Source: Oligoflexales bacterium
GTDB taxonomy: Bacteria > Bdellovibrionota_B > Oligoflexia > Oligoflexales > Bog-1112
DNA length: 64,000 nucleotides
Assembly (NCBI GenBank): GCA_045106415.1
Contig: JBGCEP010000012.1
Coordinates: 1 to 64,000 of the forward strand
Reading direction: 5' to 3'
The position numbers and the translations under genes were made by a program. The notes under the pieces were generated by a model. It saw only the letters and a list, made by a program, of their open reading frames with translations. It searched no databases and was not told where the DNA came from. Below are positions 1 to 10,229 of the stretch, piece after piece. Positions within the stretch are counted from its first letter, which is position 1, and every line of letters begins with the position of its first letter.

Positions 1-180
1 GTAGGGTAAGTTTTTTTGGATAGTTGCGACCAGAATAGTCTATGGCGGTTGATGAATGTTTGTACCTAGTAAAATAGCCAGTTTAGCCCGCAATTCATTT
101 CACATTCCAAGTACCTATTCCCAGTGGCTAATAGACCAAAATCATATCAGTAATTGGGTTCAGATCGTATTTGGGATGTA

Positions 181-286
181 TACGACGGCCCTATACGATG
201 GAAGTACGACGGCTCATGTGATCTAGGGTGATTTCCGGTGATATAGAAAGAGGACCGCGGAATCTCTATTGGGTAAGTGTTTGTTA
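181..286. repeat. Three 8-bp direct repeats (TACGAYGG) plus an IHF-like site; possible att arm region next to the tmRNA 3' end
   Basis: TACGACGG at 181-188, TACGATGG at 194-201 and TACGACGG at 205-212. TAACAAACACTTA (minus strand, 286-274) has one mismatch to WATCAANNNNTTR. Confidence 0.5.
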
Positions 287-334
287 TGATTGACGGGACT
301 TTCAAGGTGATTGTCCCCAATCATCTATGAAGAA

Positions 335-692
335 TGGTGGAGGCGGCGGGAATCGAACCCGCGTCCACACCTAGGGTATGAGAAGCGCTACATGCTTAGC
401 ACCGTAATTATCCTCTTGATTAGAACGCCTACGGTCAGGCTTTCTAACCCGCAGCCTGATTAAATGTCACACTTCAGCCTCCAGGCGGAAAGCTTTGTGT
501 TAAGCCAGCAGTAATAACGATGCCCCCGCGGCACTGGCGACCACAAGTTTATCGGCAGCTAATTTATATTAAGCTGCGAGTGCGTAATCGTTGCCGACTA
601 AGCGATGAAACGCGGTTATAACCGGGTCACGTTCCCACCCCGGACATGCTCTCCAGCACACCTTCTAAGCCCGTCGAAACCATGACGCCCCC
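335..692 (-). ncRNA. ssrA: tmRNA (one-piece, 358 nt); tag reading frame 595-569 encodes GNDYALAA*
   Basis: The minus strand starts GGGGGCGTCATGGTTTCGAC and ends GGTTCGATTCCCGCCGCCTCCACCA. The acceptor stem has the G3.U Ala identity pair. The internal frame GGC AAC GAT TAC GCA CTC GCA GCT TAA ends in the typical ALAA. Confidence 0.97.
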
Positions 693-705
693 GTATGCTA
701 CGGAT

Positions 706-734
706 ACACTAGCAGATCAGACCTTTCCCCACAA
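706..734 (-). promoter_or_regulatory. sigma70-like promoter of tmRNA
   Basis: TTGTGG-17 nt-TAGTGT with an extended TG, just upstream of the mature 5' end. Confidence 0.55.
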
Positions 735-854
735 GAGAGTCCTTGGTTACTTCAATCTTGCCCAGCCTAAAGACTCTTGGTAGAAGTTAATAATCGCCAA
801 ATTTTTAAAAGAAAGACAAAATACCTTTTAAAAACTAAGAGATGAACCAAGCCT

Positions 855-1784
855 GTGTTGCAGTCCGTCTCTGTCTCATTTCAACAAGTATTTCTCATCC
901 ATTCCAAAAGCTCGTATGGCAGTTATACTGAAACCGTAAATGGAGATCATGTGAACAAAACCTATAATATTTTATACACCTGCCCAGTGGATCATGTTGG
1001 CACCTCTGTCTTCGTCAGAGGGTGGACATTTCCACAAAGTGAGCGAGCGCCCGTAATTTTCATTCATGACCTAGGTGAAACTGCTGATCAATACGACCGT
1101 TTTGCCCAATCAGTAACAGATATAGGCCACAGCGTTTATGGTTTTGACATGAGGGGTCATGGGCAATCAGGACGAAGGTTAGGTCACATCCCGAGCTTTC
1201 AGCATCTTGTGAATGATCTTTTACAAGTCGTTGCCTGGGTGCGGCATAAAGAAAAAGGAAGAAAACCAATTTTAATCGGCCAAGGCATTGGGAGTTTGGT
1301 TTTATTAGGATTTACAAAAGGTCATAGTAAACTTTGCGATTCTGCTGCATTTATATGCCCAACCTTCGCTCTCGCAGAAACGATACAACCATGGCGGCGA
1401 TTTCTACTACGAACCGCTGCTGAAGTTTTTCCAACCCTTATGACACCACAGTGGTTGCTTCCTGTTTTCACAGAACCCACTGCACAACAAAAACACCCTC
1501 GCATCAGCTACCTACTCACAAATGAACTCTTAAATGCTTTAGCTCAATCGAAAAAGCTTTTCAACAGACTCAATATCAAAACCCTTATGATTTGCCCTGA
1601 GGAAGATCGTATCTGTAAAACAGAGTATTTAAAAAAAGGTGTCCAAAAACATAAAAACTCAGAAAAATTCAATCTTATCTACAAACACAACATCGGTCAC
1701 TCTCCATTAAACCACGATGAAGAATACGCTCATCTTTTAAGTGACCTTCGCACATGGATGGAACCTCCCCTTGAAGGAACTTGA
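855..1784 (+). CDS. Alpha/beta hydrolase, lysophospholipase/monoglyceride lipase-like; nucleophile Ser absent; likely start GTG 951
   Basis: Motifs FDMRGHGQS and GHIPSF, with nucleophile elbow GQGIG. GGAG precedes GTG 951. Confidence 0.85.
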   Translation: MLQSVSVSFQQVFLIHSKSSYGSYTETVNGDHVNKTYNILYTCPVDHVGTSVFVRGWTFPQSERAPVIFIHDLGETADQYDRFAQSVTDIGHSVYGFDMRGHGQSGRRLGHIPSFQHLVNDLLQVVAWVRHKEKGRKPILIGQGIGSLVLLGFTKGHSKLCDSAAFICPTFALAETIQPWRRFLLRTAAEVFPTLMTPQWLLPVFTEPTAQQKHPRISYLLTNELLNALAQSKKLFNRLNIKTLMICPEEDRICKTEYLKKGVQKHKNSEKFNLIYKHNIGHSPLNHDEEYAHLLSDLRTWMEPPLEGT

Positions 1785-4131
1785 CACTTTTCAAGACCGT
1801 TTAATTACAATGCGTAAGACCCAACAAAGGATTCGTACATTATGTTGGTTATTGGCAACAATTGCCTTTACGGTATGTTTTATAGCTTTGTATCATTTCT
1901 GGTTAAACCCTGTTCCAATTACTGTATTACAGGTTTGCTTTTTACCTGGTATTATTTTTCTGTATCTCCGCAAAGAAACGCTCCCGAATTTTAATTTTTC
2001 CAAGCTTCGTCTTTTTTTTGATATGCAGCACCCTAATGAAAGCTCTCCTTTTACAGCTGGAGATCACATCTCCCACTACGTAGAGCAAGAGTTAAAATAT
2101 CAAATAGATCTTGAAAAGAAGACGACTCAAGCATGTATCCGTAAAACTCTTCCCATAGCTTTTGTTTTCACTCTTTTTGCCGGTGGAATGTTCAAATATG
2201 GTCACTTTCAACTCTCAGGCTTACACTTACTTATTCCCACTGAAGTCACCTTAGAAGTTGTGGAAGGTCATTTTACAAACTTTCAAGATGTCATCTTACC
2301 ACTACAGTCATCAACAACTCCTCAGATGCTTGAAACCCATAAGGATAATCTCTTCAAGCTCAGTATCACCCCTTTTCAAGGAAAAGATCTGTCGTTAAAT
2401 CTGATTGCTCCAAAGAGCAATCAATTGATTCAAAGCTTTCAACTACAGGCTGTCTATGAAAACTCTCAATCACCAATGGGTTACGGCCTCGAATTCACAA
2501 TTTCCGAGGACACCCTTCTCGTGATTCCAGAGCTAAGCTCTCAGCCGTATGCCTCTATACAGATTCTATCTAAGCCGATACCAAAAGTGACATTAGAACT
2601 TCAAGCTGAATACATAGATCCTTGGCCTGATCATCAAGCCGTCCCATTAAAACTAAAAATAAAATCTCAAAACCCTCTCCAAAAAGTTATTCTTGAATTT
2701 TCTGTTAACGGTCAAAAACACCAAGAGCATATCGAGTCGTTCACGACCTCAACACGGACAGCAGAGTACGACCATGCTCTTCACCTCGAACCATACCTTC
2801 AAGACGACATGGCTTCTGTAATCATTCACGCAATCGCGTTTGATCAGACACAACCTCAATCTCTTATGGGTTCAAGTGACCCTGTTTTTTTACGAGTTGC
2901 CAGTGCCTATGGCCGCTATTTACAAACACTTGACAAGCTACGAGCAATTAAAAAAGACGTTGATCAGTGGGTTGCTGAAGGAGAGCAGAAGAAAAATAAC
3001 CAAAGCCTTATAAAACAGATGCGAGACGTTGCTATTTCATCTAATGACTCCCCTTTTTTTGATGGCCTTGACCGTATTGAATTAAATCACATTGAGCATA
3101 TGATTTCACAAACCAAAACGAGCTCCCCTTCGGAGGCTCTTCAGGTAGCTAAAAAAATTGATTCTTTTCTACAAGATCACGAAATGCTCAATGACAGAGA
3201 GCGTGACAGAGATTTTTTTGTTGCTTTACGAGGCCTTTCTCGCCTTATAGAAACGCCTGGTCATCAGAATAAAAAACACATTCAATCAGCGACAAAAAGT
3301 TTAAATACATTCTTAACCGAAAGACAAAAAAGGTGGGAACAAAGGGTTAAAAAACTTAAAACACCACCACCGTCATGGGACCACCTTCAAAAAAATAGTT
3401 TTCAAAGCCAACTTCAAAAATTTTCTAAAAATCAACACACTTCACCTTCTTCTCGTATCACTACGAACACAGCAATAAAAACTCTCTCTCATTTGGGTCA
3501 ACAATATAGAAGATGGTTAAACGAACTGGAAGGCTTAGAAGACAAGCAAAAATCTCAGCAAGAACAGAAAAGACAACAAGGATTAGCCTCTGCAAAAGCA
3601 ACATTGAGAGAGCTTCAACAACGCCAAACGAAAATATCGACAACTCTTGATCAAGCTGAAACCCGCCAACAAAAAATTGATGCTCAATGGCCTCTTACTC
3701 GCATGAACCAGAACTCCAATATAAAACTTGCTCGTAAGCTCACCGCACAACTTCAGTCGCTTGCACCACAAGCCGCACAGCGATTATCAGCAGCTCACGA
3801 TTCCATGCTCGAAACAATTAAATACGGTGGTGAAAAACAATATCAAGCGGCCGAAACCTTTGCAGACCGTGCTGGCCGACTTCTTCGAGAAGCCAAGAAA
3901 AAAACATCACAAGCTCAACAAAAATCACACAAAAGAGGCCGCAGACGCCGCATCAGTGGTGATCGTTATTATGGACGATCTGTAAGCGGAGGAATGGACC
4001 TTCATCGAGAATACTCCGTCGATCGTAAATATCGCGAAGACATCCTCGATGAAGTCAGTCGTTCTGAGGATCAGCAAAGCCCTGAAGACGCAAGTCTTTT
4101 AAACTCTTACTTAAGACAAGTCATTCGTTAG
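1741..4131 (+). CDS. Large membrane-anchored protein with beta-rich middle and coiled-coil C-terminus (DUF4175-like)
   Basis: N-terminal TM segments, an Ig-like middle region, Q/K-rich helical repeats and a C-terminal 'YREDILD...YLRQV' pattern. The family assignment is by recollection. Confidence 0.6.
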   Translation: MTFAHGWNLPLKELDTFQDRLITMRKTQQRIRTLCWLLATIAFTVCFIALYHFWLNPVPITVLQVCFLPGIIFLYLRKETLPNFNFSKLRLFFDMQHPNESSPFTAGDHISHYVEQELKYQIDLEKKTTQACIRKTLPIAFVFTLFAGGMFKYGHFQLSGLHLLIPTEVTLEVVEGHFTNFQDVILPLQSSTTPQMLETHKDNLFKLSITPFQGKDLSLNLIAPKSNQLIQSFQLQAVYENSQSPMGYGLEFTISEDTLLVIPELSSQPYASIQILSKPIPKVTLELQAEYIDPWPDHQAVPLKLKIKSQNPLQKVILEFSVNGQKHQEHIESFTTSTRTAEYDHALHLEPYLQDDMASVIIHAIAFDQTQPQSLMGSSDPVFLRVASAYGRYLQTLDKLRAIKKDVDQWVAEGEQKKNNQSLIKQMRDVAISSNDSPFFDGLDRIELNHIEHMISQTKTSSPSEALQVAKKIDSFLQDHEMLNDRERDRDFFVALRGLSRLIETPGHQNKKHIQSATKSLNTFLTERQKRWEQRVKKLKTPPPSWDHLQKNSFQSQLQKFSKNQHTSPSSRITTNTAIKTLSHLGQQYRRWLNELEGLEDKQKSQQEQKRQQGLASAKATLRELQQRQTKISTTLDQAETRQQKIDAQWPLTRMNQNSNIKLARKLTAQLQSLAPQAAQRLSAAHDSMLETIKYGGEKQYQAAETFADRAGRLLREAKKKTSQAQQKSHKRGRRRRISGDRYYGRSVSGGMDLHREYSVDRKYREDILDEVSRSEDQQSPEDASLLNSYLRQVIR

Positions 4132-5177
4132 TCTTTCCATATTTGGTCAAGACGGTTATCACGCCCGCAGTTCGCACGATAAAACTTATATCGAATTGGG
4201 TTCTTCTGATAATAGTCTTGATGATAACTTTCAGCGGGATAAAATTTCGTGAAAGCTTCTAAAGTCGTATAGACAGTTTTCTTCAGCTGGCCAGTTACTT
4301 TTTCTTTACTTTGTTCAGCAAGTTTTCTTTGTTCGTCATTATGGTAAAAAATGGATGATCGGTACTGAGATCCTTTGTCACAAAACTGTCCCTTGTTGTC
4401 AAGAGGGTCAATATTTTTCCAAAAGACCTCAAGCAATTGCTCAAAGCTTACTTTCTGAGGGTCAAAAGTCACCTGTAAAACTTCAGCGTGACCGGTGATA
4501 CCTGCTGCAACCTGTTTGTAAGTTGGGTCTTTCACATGCCCACCGGTGTAGCCCACTTCAGTTTTTAAAACCCCGTCTGTTTTATCAAAAGGGGGCTCCA
4601 TACACCAAAAGCATCCTCCTCCAAAAGTTGCAACACTCGGTGATACCGTGTTTTTGAAGGCCTCAAGATATGTTCCATAACCTTCTTTTTCTAAATCTTC
4701 TTTAGGGATAAATCTCAAAGAAGCAGAATTGATACAATATCGCAGCCCAGTAGGTGCTGGCCCATCCTCAAACACATGGCCAAGATGGCTATCACCATGC
4801 TTAGAGCGAACTTCAACTCTTTTTGAAAACAGACTGTTATCTTCTTTTTCAACAATCATAGATTTTTCTAGAGGTCTCACAAAAGAAGGCCAACCGGTTC
4901 CTGATTTAAATTTATCTTGAGAGCTAAATAAAGGCTCACCAGAAACAATATCTACATAAATTCCAGGTCTTTTTTCATCCCAATAAAGATTTTGGAATGG
5001 CGATTCCGTTCCTTCTTCTTGGGTGACTTGATATTGAATTTTCGTCAATTTAGCCTTGATCTCTTTCTCACTTGGTTTTTTATATGTTTTATCCGCCATC
5101 AATTCTCCCCCCCCTAAGCTTGTCACCAGGGACAGTAAGCAGATTTGTCCCCATTTTTGGCATTGGTATTTCATCAT
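4128..5177 (-). CDS. msrAB: Exported MsrB-MsrA fusion methionine sulfoxide reductase
   Basis: MsrB motifs GTGWPSF, HLGHVF and RYCINS, followed by MsrA GCFWC and AESYHQDYY. Signal-peptide-like N-terminus. Confidence 0.95.
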   Translation of the reverse strand: MMKYQCQKWGQICLLSLVTSLGGGELMADKTYKKPSEKEIKAKLTKIQYQVTQEEGTESPFQNLYWDEKRPGIYVDIVSGEPLFSSQDKFKSGTGWPSFVRPLEKSMIVEKEDNSLFSKRVEVRSKHGDSHLGHVFEDGPAPTGLRYCINSASLRFIPKEDLEKEGYGTYLEAFKNTVSPSVATFGGGCFWCMEPPFDKTDGVLKTEVGYTGGHVKDPTYKQVAAGITGHAEVLQVTFDPQKVSFEQLLEVFWKNIDPLDNKGQFCDKGSQYRSSIFYHNDEQRKLAEQSKEKVTGQLKKTVYTTLEAFTKFYPAESYHQDYYQKNPIRYKFYRANCGRDNRLDQIWKD

Positions 5178-5300
5178 TTCTCCTGTTTTGACATCTTATA
5201 CAAATATGAAGGACTAGAATTTTAAACACAAATCTGGGATGTTATATAAGAGAATAACTCAATAAGGGACCTACTGTCTCCGCGGTTGACTAAATACTTC

Positions 5301-5327
5301 TCAGGGTTGCCAATCAAGTTCCGATAA
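5301..5327 (+). promoter_or_regulatory. sigma28 (FliA)-like promoter upstream of citrate synthase
   Basis: TCAGGGTT-N11-TCCGATAA versus consensus TAAAGTTT-N11-GCCGATAA. Confidence 0.5.
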
Positions 5328-5382
5328 TAGGAATTCTCAGCAACTCGGCGTGTCAATCGCTCAGCTAAGGAGGTTCAAGGAG

Positions 5383-6678
5383 ATGGGTGTGGTGAAAAAA
5401 ACAGAATTTACAAAAGCTCAATTGCAACTGGATGGGGCAAATCATGAACTTCCGGTCATTATCGGATCAGAAGGTGAGCGGGGAATTGATGTTGCAACCC
5501 TGCGTGCACAAACAGGATGGGTCACACTAGACAACGCCTATGTGAACACAGCGGCTTGTGAATCAGCAATCACTTTTTTAAATGGTGAAGAAGGCATTTT
5601 GCGCTATCGCGGCTACTCAATTGAAGAGCTCGCAGCAAACGCTTCGTTTGAAGAGGTTGCATCTCTACTCAACAAAGGAGAGCTTCCGAGCTCAAAAGAA
5701 CTTCAAGGGTTCAGAGATCAACTCGCTCAGTACCATCAAACAGACACTCAAATAGAAGGTCTCCTAAGAGCCCTACCTAAAGAACTTCACCCTATGGGGG
5801 CAATCTCTGCTGCTATTGTCGCTTTATCAGGTTGTGAGCCTCATTTCGTCGATCAAGATCTATCCACTGACCAAAAAGATGAAGTCGTTGCACAGTTGAT
5901 GTCTCAACTCAAAAATATCACAGCATATTTGTATAGAATCCGCCAAGGTGAAACATTAATCCCATCAGATCCAAATCTTGGTTATTGTGCAGACTTCATG
6001 AATATGATGTTTGGCAAAGTCGACCCAGATATTGTTGCTGCACTAGACGTTCTCTTCATCCTACATGCTGATCACGAACAAAACTGTTCTACATCAACGG
6101 TAAGGTTGGCTGGATCTTCAAAAGCAAATCCATATGCAACAATTTCTGCTGGAATCAACGCTCTTTGGGGACCTCTACACGGCGGTGCTAATCAAGCTGT
6201 TATTGATATGCTCCAGCAAATCCACAACGGTGGTGGCGACTACAGAGAGTTTCTCGAAAAAGCTAAAGATAAAAACGATCCTTTCCGTTTAATGGGCTTC
6301 GGTCATCGTGTTTACAAAAACTTTGATCCTCGCGCTAAAATCATCAAACAATCTTGCGATACGGTTCTAAAAAAACTTGGTGTTCAAGACCCTCTTCTGG
6401 ATATTGCAAAAGGTCTAGAAGAAGAAGCTCTCAAAGACCCTTATTTTGTAGATCGAAAACTGTATCCAAATGTTGATTTTTATTCTGGTATTATTTACAA
6501 AGCTCTCAACATTCCCACAGATATGTTTACTGTCATGTTTGCACTTGGGCGTCTTCCTGGTTGGATTTCTCAATGGAGAGAAATGCTAGACTCTCCTGCC
6601 ATGAAGATTGGACGACCAAGACAAATTTACACGGGCCCTCGTGAAAGAAAATGGATTGATGTCAAAAATCGCAAATAA
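5383..6678 (+). CDS. gltA: Citrate synthase (type II-like)
   Basis: LHADHEQNCST, GPLHGGAN, GFGHRVYK and YPNVDFYSG motifs. SD AAGGAGG precedes ATG 5383. Confidence 0.97.
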   Translation: MGVVKKTEFTKAQLQLDGANHELPVIIGSEGERGIDVATLRAQTGWVTLDNAYVNTAACESAITFLNGEEGILRYRGYSIEELAANASFEEVASLLNKGELPSSKELQGFRDQLAQYHQTDTQIEGLLRALPKELHPMGAISAAIVALSGCEPHFVDQDLSTDQKDEVVAQLMSQLKNITAYLYRIRQGETLIPSDPNLGYCADFMNMMFGKVDPDIVAALDVLFILHADHEQNCSTSTVRLAGSSKANPYATISAGINALWGPLHGGANQAVIDMLQQIHNGGGDYREFLEKAKDKNDPFRLMGFGHRVYKNFDPRAKIIKQSCDTVLKKLGVQDPLLDIAKGLEEEALKDPYFVDRKLYPNVDFYSGIIYKALNIPTDMFTVMFALGRLPGWISQWREMLDSPAMKIGRPRQIYTGPRERKWIDVKNRK

Positions 6679-6732
6679 CAATGTGCTTGACTCAACATTA
6701 AAACAAGACTCTTAAGAAGAAAAAGCAGAGGT

Positions 6733-8532
6733 CTACACCTCTGCTTTTTTTGCTTCTAATTCTTCCCATCGCGCATATAAATCTTCAACTCTTTTGCGAG
6801 CTTGGTCTAAATCTGTCCAAATTTTTTGAAGCAGATCAGCTTTATCTTGTAACTCTGGTGCCGCACACTCCACTTCAAGTTCTTCAACTTTTTGTTCTTG
6901 TTTTGCTATCGTTTTTTCTATTGTCGCGAGCTCTTTTTGTTCTTTCCAACTTAATGATGATTTTTTTGAATTTTTTTCCTGTTTTTTTGGCACAACATGT
7001 GAAGCAGAAGTTTTTTTCACAGGCTTAGGAGCCACCATCACTTCAATAGCTTGCTTACGATCAGCACATAAAGTCCACGTGCCATTTTTTTGAGCATCAG
7101 GAGCGAGAACAAAGTGGCACAAATGATCTAAAAACCAACGGTCGTGAGATACAATCAATAAAGAACCTGAAAAATCTTGTAATGCTTCTTCTAGTTTTTC
7201 AATAGTATCAATATCTAAATCATTCGTAGGTTCATCTAAAACCAAAATGTCAGCTGGCTGCCGCATAAGCTGCGCAACATGAACGCGCGCAAGCTCTCCA
7301 CCTGACAAATTTTTAACAAAGGTCTTCAACTGGTTTGTATTCAAGCAAAAACGCTGCGCCCAACTGGTCACATGACATTGCCCCCCTGGATAGCTCACCA
7401 TATCACCTTCTGGACATAATGCTTGTGCCAGTGTCCACTCAGGATTGATCTGCACTCTCATTTGATCAAGGTAAGCAACCTTTAGGCCGTCAACATGTTT
7501 AACAAGACCTTGCTGAGGTTTTAACTCTTTCATTAACAGCCTTAACAAGGTTGATTTCCCTGCGCCGTTCTCGCCTAAGATCCCTAGCCTTGTGCCACGC
7601 TTTAACATAAAGTCAAAACGATTCACGATAACCTGATCACCGTATTGAAAACTTAATTCATGGGCAGAAACTAAGACTTTCCCTCTCTTCTCACCTTGCT
7701 CAAACTGCAATCGTGATTGATTCGCTTGTAAGCTTTGTTTCAGGCTACTTAACTCTTCTTTCAAAGCCATGGCTTGCTTCACACGGCCTTGATCTCGAGT
7801 TGCTCGCGCCTTCGGACCTTGCCGCAGCCAAGCTTCGTCAATTCTTGCGCGACTGGCTAAACTTTGGTGGAGTTGAGTCTGTTCTTGAAAAAAAGCAGAA
7901 CGGCGATCAAGAAATGTTGAATAGTTTCCTTCACTCTCAAAAACACCTCCGGAGTATCGAGGAGCAACCTCAATCACTCTTGTTGCAAGCTCTTCCATAA
8001 ACGCTCGATCATGAGTAACGGCAATCCAAGTGACGTTCCACATTTTTAATGTACTTTCAAGCCACAACAAACCTTCTGTATCAAGGTGGTTTGTCGGCTC
8101 ATCTAAAAGTAAAACATCTGGCTTTTTTACAAACGCTTCACAAATCGACAGACGACGTAACATACCACCAGATAAGCTTGGTGCTCGCAGCTCACCTGAC
8201 AGCCCCGCTATCGATAAAGTTTTATCAATCAGGACAAAGTCATCACAAACTTCTTGTAAAATCTCAAAAATTGTTTTGTCTTCATAGTGACAACTCTGCG
8301 CGACACGTACAATATGCAAACCCCGAGTTGTAATCACTTCACCTTCATCTGGAGTCAAGTCACCAGCTAAAATTTTTAGCAACGTTGACTTACCACTACC
8401 ATTTGGTCCTGTAATAACAACACGTTCATTTTTACTAAAAGTAAGAGATAAACCTTCAAATAAAGGCTTATCTCGAAAAGAATGCACAAGATTTTGACAA
8501 CTGAATAAAGGAGAAGACATAACCTGTTCCAA
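6733..8532 (-). CDS. uup: ABC-F family ATPase, Uup-like
   Basis: Two ABC domains (GPNGSGKST, GENGAGKST, LSGG, DEPTN), a WLRQGPKARAT linker and a C-terminal coiled coil LSWKEQKEL...RWEELE. Confidence 0.88.
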   Translation of the reverse strand: MEQVMSSPLFSCQNLVHSFRDKPLFEGLSLTFSKNERVVITGPNGSGKSTLLKILAGDLTPDEGEVITTRGLHIVRVAQSCHYEDKTIFEILQEVCDDFVLIDKTLSIAGLSGELRAPSLSGGMLRRLSICEAFVKKPDVLLLDEPTNHLDTEGLLWLESTLKMWNVTWIAVTHDRAFMEELATRVIEVAPRYSGGVFESEGNYSTFLDRRSAFFQEQTQLHQSLASRARIDEAWLRQGPKARATRDQGRVKQAMALKEELSSLKQSLQANQSRLQFEQGEKRGKVLVSAHELSFQYGDQVIVNRFDFMLKRGTRLGILGENGAGKSTLLRLLMKELKPQQGLVKHVDGLKVAYLDQMRVQINPEWTLAQALCPEGDMVSYPGGQCHVTSWAQRFCLNTNQLKTFVKNLSGGELARVHVAQLMRQPADILVLDEPTNDLDIDTIEKLEEALQDFSGSLLIVSHDRWFLDHLCHFVLAPDAQKNGTWTLCADRKQAIEVMVAPKPVKKTSASHVVPKKQEKNSKKSSLSWKEQKELATIEKTIAKQEQKVEELEVECAAPELQDKADLLQKIWTDLDQARKRVEDLYARWEELEAKKAEV

Positions 8533-8540
8533 AAATAATA

Positions 8541-10133
8541 TTAATGACGCTCTTGAGATTCATAAGATTCACGAATCATTCTTTCTAGAGCCAACCTTGG
8601 ATCTGCAATAACATCTCCACTAAGAACAAAGTCTTTTTTACCTGTATTTTGCTCTATTAACTTCAAACCATATTCATAGCCATGAAGAAGCGATCGGCAA
8701 TAACCGACAATATCCTCGCTGACTTCGCATCGTATAATTTTTTGAATAGCTTCAGGCGTCCACGTTAAAGACATACCGTGTTGATTTTCAAAGTCCGCAG
8801 AAAAATCCTTTAAATCTTTTTCAACTTGAGCTGTTTTAGGGTGAACTTCAGATAAAATTCGCTTTAAAAAAACTTGCGGGAAATCTATCAGTTCAGATGT
8901 TACCTGAAGATGTTCAACTCCTGATGAGGGAAGTTCAAACTTAAAATCTCTTAATAAATTTTCACATACTGACATGAGACCTCGAGCACCTGTTTTTTCT
9001 TCAGCTGCAAGCTCTGCTATTCTTAAAAGCGCATCTTCATCAAAATCCAGGCTTAAACCATAGCCTTCAAAAGCTCTTTTATACTGATGAAGAATTGAAC
9101 CTTCAGAATCTTTCAAAACCTTCAACAGATCTTCTGCTTTTAAAGGTTGGCAGCTCACTTTTACTGGCAAACGCCCAATAAATTCCGGCTCAAACCCATA
9201 ATCAATAAAATCTTGAGTTTGTGCTTCTCTCAACAATGAAGTTTCACTATCTCTGTCTATTTTTTGAGCATTGTCAGAGCCAAATCCAATTTTTTGCTGA
9301 CATAATCGTTTACCAATAATCTCAGAGAGACCAGTAAAAGCTCCACTCACAACAAAAAGAATATGCCGCGTATTTAAAACTTTACGCTCAACCTTACCCT
9401 TTTGCTGCATTTCCATAAATGCCTGCATTTGAGAAGCAGGGTCATGCCCTCCCCTCAAATCCACATCCGTTTCTTCCATCAGTTTCAACAAACCTAACTG
9501 CACACCACGACCTGTCACATCTCGACCATGTTGTTGACTTGGAGCTGATAATTTATCAACTTCATCAAGATAAATAATACCAAACTGCGCTACCTCTAGA
9601 TCATCATTCGCCTGCGCCGCTAACTCCTTTACCAAATCATCAACGTTCGCACCCATATAGCCGGTTTCACTAAATCGAGTCGCATCTGCTTTGACAAAAG
9701 GGACACCAGCTAACTTCGCCATCTGACGCACAAGATAAGTTTTACCAACCCCTGTCGGGCCTAAAACTAAGACGTTCTGTTTTGCATAATCTGCATCCAC
9801 TCGATCGTTCTCATAACAATCACGAACATGATTGTAGTGGTCACAAAATGCAATGGACAAAGCACGCTTAGCATCATCCTGCCCTATGACAAACCGATCA
9901 AGATAACTCTTCACTTCTTTCGGAGTCATCCGAAACTCTAATAAACTCTCAAGATTTTTTACTTCCTCAAGGTCTTGGGAAGACGACTCTTCTTCTACAG
10001 ATTTCTTAGTCTTTCTATCATGCATAGGAAAATCCTGGGAAATCACTTGAACCTGTCCACCGAATCTTTTTTTGACAAAGTCCTCAAATTCTTTTTGAAT
10101 ATCTTCGGGCTTTGGGAAGTTTTGATCACTCAT
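8541..10133 (-). CDS. ClpX-like AAA+ unfoldase lacking the N-terminal zinc-binding domain, with a C-terminal extension
   Basis: VIGQDDAK, GPTGVGKT, ETGYMG, DEVDK, RDVTGRGVQ, IGF loop and TGARGL. ATG 10133 is the likely start (the ORF track begins at 10241). Confidence 0.85.
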   Translation of the reverse strand: MSDQNFPKPEDIQKEFEDFVKKRFGGQVQVISQDFPMHDRKTKKSVEEESSSQDLEEVKNLESLLEFRMTPKEVKSYLDRFVIGQDDAKRALSIAFCDHYNHVRDCYENDRVDADYAKQNVLVLGPTGVGKTYLVRQMAKLAGVPFVKADATRFSETGYMGANVDDLVKELAAQANDDLEVAQFGIIYLDEVDKLSAPSQQHGRDVTGRGVQLGLLKLMEETDVDLRGGHDPASQMQAFMEMQQKGKVERKVLNTRHILFVVSGAFTGLSEIIGKRLCQQKIGFGSDNAQKIDRDSETSLLREAQTQDFIDYGFEPEFIGRLPVKVSCQPLKAEDLLKVLKDSEGSILHQYKRAFEGYGLSLDFDEDALLRIAELAAEEKTGARGLMSVCENLLRDFKFELPSSGVEHLQVTSELIDFPQVFLKRILSEVHPKTAQVEKDLKDFSADFENQHGMSLTWTPEAIQKIIRCEVSEDIVGYCRSLLHGYEYGLKLIEQNTGKKDFVLSGDVIADPRLALERMIRESYESQERH

Positions 10134-10229
10134 AATGGCTGCCTTGTTTGCTTTGAAATCTTGTTCTTCAAAATCCGCGTGAATATACCAGAAATCGAAC
10201 GTTCTTGAAATCAATGTAAGAGAGTTGTC

